A stretch of DNA of 64,000 nt from Clostridia bacterium (GTDB lineage: Bacteria; Bacillota; Clostridia; Oscillospirales; CAG-272). The first letter of the stretch is position 1. Each line of letters opens with the position of its first letter. The position numbers and the translations under genes were made by a program. Below, piece after piece: positions 62,309-64,000 of the stretch. The stretch covers positions 82,501 through 146,500 of the forward strand of contig JAFVXH010000007.1 in assembly GCA_017501225.1 (NCBI GenBank). Direction: 5' to 3'. The notes beneath the pieces are model-generated. The model saw nothing but the letters and a program-made list of their open reading frames with translations. It made no database searches and was not told the DNA's origin.

Positions 62309-64000
62309 TTAGTCTTTTTTGTTAAAATTATGCCAAAATTCAGAGGTGATTTCTGCAAGTTCATGTGGATTTCTTGCATATTGGAGGTGCGACCAGTGAG
62401 AAGGCAGAAGCATGCGGTACTGCTCGCTTGCGTACCGCTCGTCCACAAGGACCACGATTCCCGCATCCTCGTCACGGCGAATGACGCGCCCCGCCGCCTG
62501 CAGAACGCGGTTCATACCCGGGAACAGGTACGCATAGTCGTATCCGCGCTCACGCGTCAGGTCGTAGTATTCCTTCAGAATGTTGCGCTCGTTGGAGATC
62601 CCGGGAATGCCCGTTCCCACGACGATACAGCCGATCAGCCGCTCCCCCGGAAGGTCGACCCCCTCCGAAAAGGAGCCACCCAGCACGCAAAAGCCTACGC
62701 GTAAGGTGTGATCCTCGCGGAACTGATCCAGAAACGCCTCCTTATCCCTCTGTCGCATCTGCCGCGTTTGCAGCACGGTGGGGACCTGCGGATATTTGCG
62801 TGCAAACTCCGTAGCGACCGCGTCCATATAATCGTAGGACGGGAAATATGCAATATAGTTTCCCCTTTTCGCCGAAACGGTTGCGGCGATCAGTGAGGCG
62901 ATCTTGGAATAGGATTGGTCACGCGCCTCGTATCGGGTATCCACGCTTGTGACCGCGATCGGGCAAAAGCGCTCGGTCGGAAAAGGCGACGGAAGCTCCA
63001 TGCGCACGGCATTCTTGCCGCCACCCAGCACGTCGGAAAAATATTCGGTCGGCGTCAGCGTTGCGGAAAACAGCACCGCCGCTTGTGCGCGCGAAAGGCA
63101 CGCGTCCAAAATACCCGATGGATCCAGACACACAAGGCGAACCGTGATCCGCTCGCCGCAAAGCTCAATAAAGGTCAGAAAATGCCCGTCGTAGTATTCC
63201 GAAATGACCTCAAAGCGCTTGCAGAGTCCGCTCAGCGCAAGCACGTCCTGCTCGTAAAGATTGCCTCGGTTGGATTTGAGCCAGGACTCCATGCGCCGGC
63301 GCAAAGCACTGACCTGATTGTGAAAATCCACCATTCCTTGACGCGTCAGGTAGTATCCGTGCTCCACTCCCGCCTCGTCCTTTTGCAGAGTATCGCGGCA
63401 CAGCCTGCGGAAGCTCCGCATGGTCAGAACCAACTTTTCCACCGCCCCAAGGAAGGGAATCTCCTCCTTTGATGCGGCAAGCAACCCGCCAAAGCTCTCA
63501 TTGCAGAGCTGTGCGGAATACATATCCGTGGCGCGATCCAACAGATTGTGTGCCTCGTCGACCAGAAATACGTATCGCCCGGACGCAAGAGCTTCTCCGT
63601 CAAAATAACGGCGCAGATACGCCTGCGGATCAAAAACGTAGTTGTAATCGCAGATGACGGCATCGCAGTATTCGGAGAGCGCAAGCTCAAATTCATAGGG
63701 GCAGACGCAATATTTCTCGGAGATCTCCGCGATGCTGCCTCTTGGGAAGCCGTGGCTTTGCGACAGCGCGTCCTCCAATGCCGCGGGAAGACGGTCGAAA
63801 AAGCCCTTTGCATAGGGGCAATCAATGGGGTTACAGTGATGTGTAATACCCGCACGATCCGCTCTTGCCAAGGAGTTGGCGCAGATCTGCTCCCGCGCGG
63901 TCAGGACGACCGTGTTGATCTGCGCACCCGACAGAAAAATCTGATGCGCGGCGCGGTATGCCTCGCGTCTTGTCGACGCCTTGGCAGTCAGATAAAAGAT
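62309..64000 (-). CDS. DinG/XPD-like (Rad3-related) ATP-dependent DNA helicase, C-terminal ~563 aa (5' end outside window)
   Basis: The frame is open from 64000 (IFYLTAKASTRREAYRAAHQIF...) through the track ORF. DEAH box is FLVDEAHNL. Cys cluster: ICANS...HHCNPIDCPY...CVCPY. C-terminal helicase motifs are GGSFSEGVDLPG and QAAGRVIRR. Confidence 0.8.
   Translation of the reverse strand: MFYLTAKASTRREAYRAAHQIFLSGAQINTVVLTAREQICANSLARADRAGITHHCNPIDCPYAKGFFDRLPAALEDALSQSHGFPRGSIAEISEKYCVCPYEFELALSEYCDAVICDYNYVFDPQAYLRRYFDGEALASGRYVFLVDEAHNLLDRATDMYSAQLCNESFGGLLAASKEEIPFLGAVEKLVLTMRSFRRLCRDTLQKDEAGVEHGYYLTRQGMVDFHNQVSALRRRMESWLKSNRGNLYEQDVLALSGLCKRFEVISEYYDGHFLTFIELCGERITVRLVCLDPSGILDACLSRAQAAVLFSATLTPTEYFSDVLGGGKNAVRMELPSPFPTERFCPIAVTSVDTRYEARDQSYSKIASLIAATVSAKRGNYIAYFPSYDYMDAVATEFARKYPQVPTVLQTRQMRQRDKEAFLDQFREDHTLRVGFCVLGGSFSEGVDLPGERLIGCIVVGTGIPGISNERNILKEYYDLTRERGYDYAYLFPGMNRVLQAAGRVIRRDEDAGIVVLVDERYASEQYRMLLPSHWSHLQYARNPHELAEITSEFWHNFNKKD

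Noticed and set aside
1-64000. CRISPR arrays, tRNA/rRNA genes, transposases, integrases, prophage or known defence-system genes
   Set aside because: I scanned the intergenic regions and all ORF translations. I found no regularly spaced direct repeats, no tRNA T-arm (GGTTCGAATCC-type) motifs, no rRNA-like stretches, and no DDE/tyrosine/serine recombinase or defence-associated domains.

Overview
This is a GC-rich chromosomal segment from a spore-forming Firmicute, probably Clostridia-like. Supporting signs are cotJABC, dpaA/dpaB, a SpoVB-like flippase, T-box leaders and strong Gram-positive Shine-Dalgarno sites. I recognise about 76 protein genes.

Main content:
- The complete S10-spc-alpha ribosomal supercluster lies on the minus strand from 29.6 to 45.4 kb (rpsJ to rplQ, including secY-adk-map-infA-rpmJ and rpoA).
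- rplJ-rplL sits behind an L10-type leader.
- thrS and ileS each sit behind a T-box leader.
- Other core genes include polA, htpG, ispE, mgsA, lspA-rluD, pgcA, comEC and a partial DinG-like helicase.
- Accessory-looking parts are a carrier-protein/MBOAT/SGNH (Dlt-like) cassette at the left edge, tandem AI-2E transporter paralogues, a GH2 beta-galactosidase plus an Asp-box protein, a membrane protein plus a short HTH regulator, and an orphan ACP next to a membrane/SGNH/lipoprotein cluster.

I saw no rRNA, tRNA, CRISPR array, transposase, integrase or recognisable defence system, and I cannot point to a clear novel multi-gene system.

Best leads, all hypotheses from reading the sequence by eye:
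1. A ~415-bp ORF-poor, hairpin-dense element between cotJC and the GH2 gene, bounded by two 39-nt direct repeats.
2. A ~320-nt leader between a consensus promoter and rpsJ.
3. infA, which has no AUG/GUG/UUG codon at the position its conserved N-terminus requires (CUG or AUU start).
4. A compressed prephenate-dehydratase/ACT-like protein coupled to htpG.
5. Two carrier-protein-linked putative envelope-acylation modules.

Two CDSs missing from the ORF track were added by hand: rpmJ and the edge-truncated SGNH gene. Many track ORFs are antisense artefacts of the high GC content.
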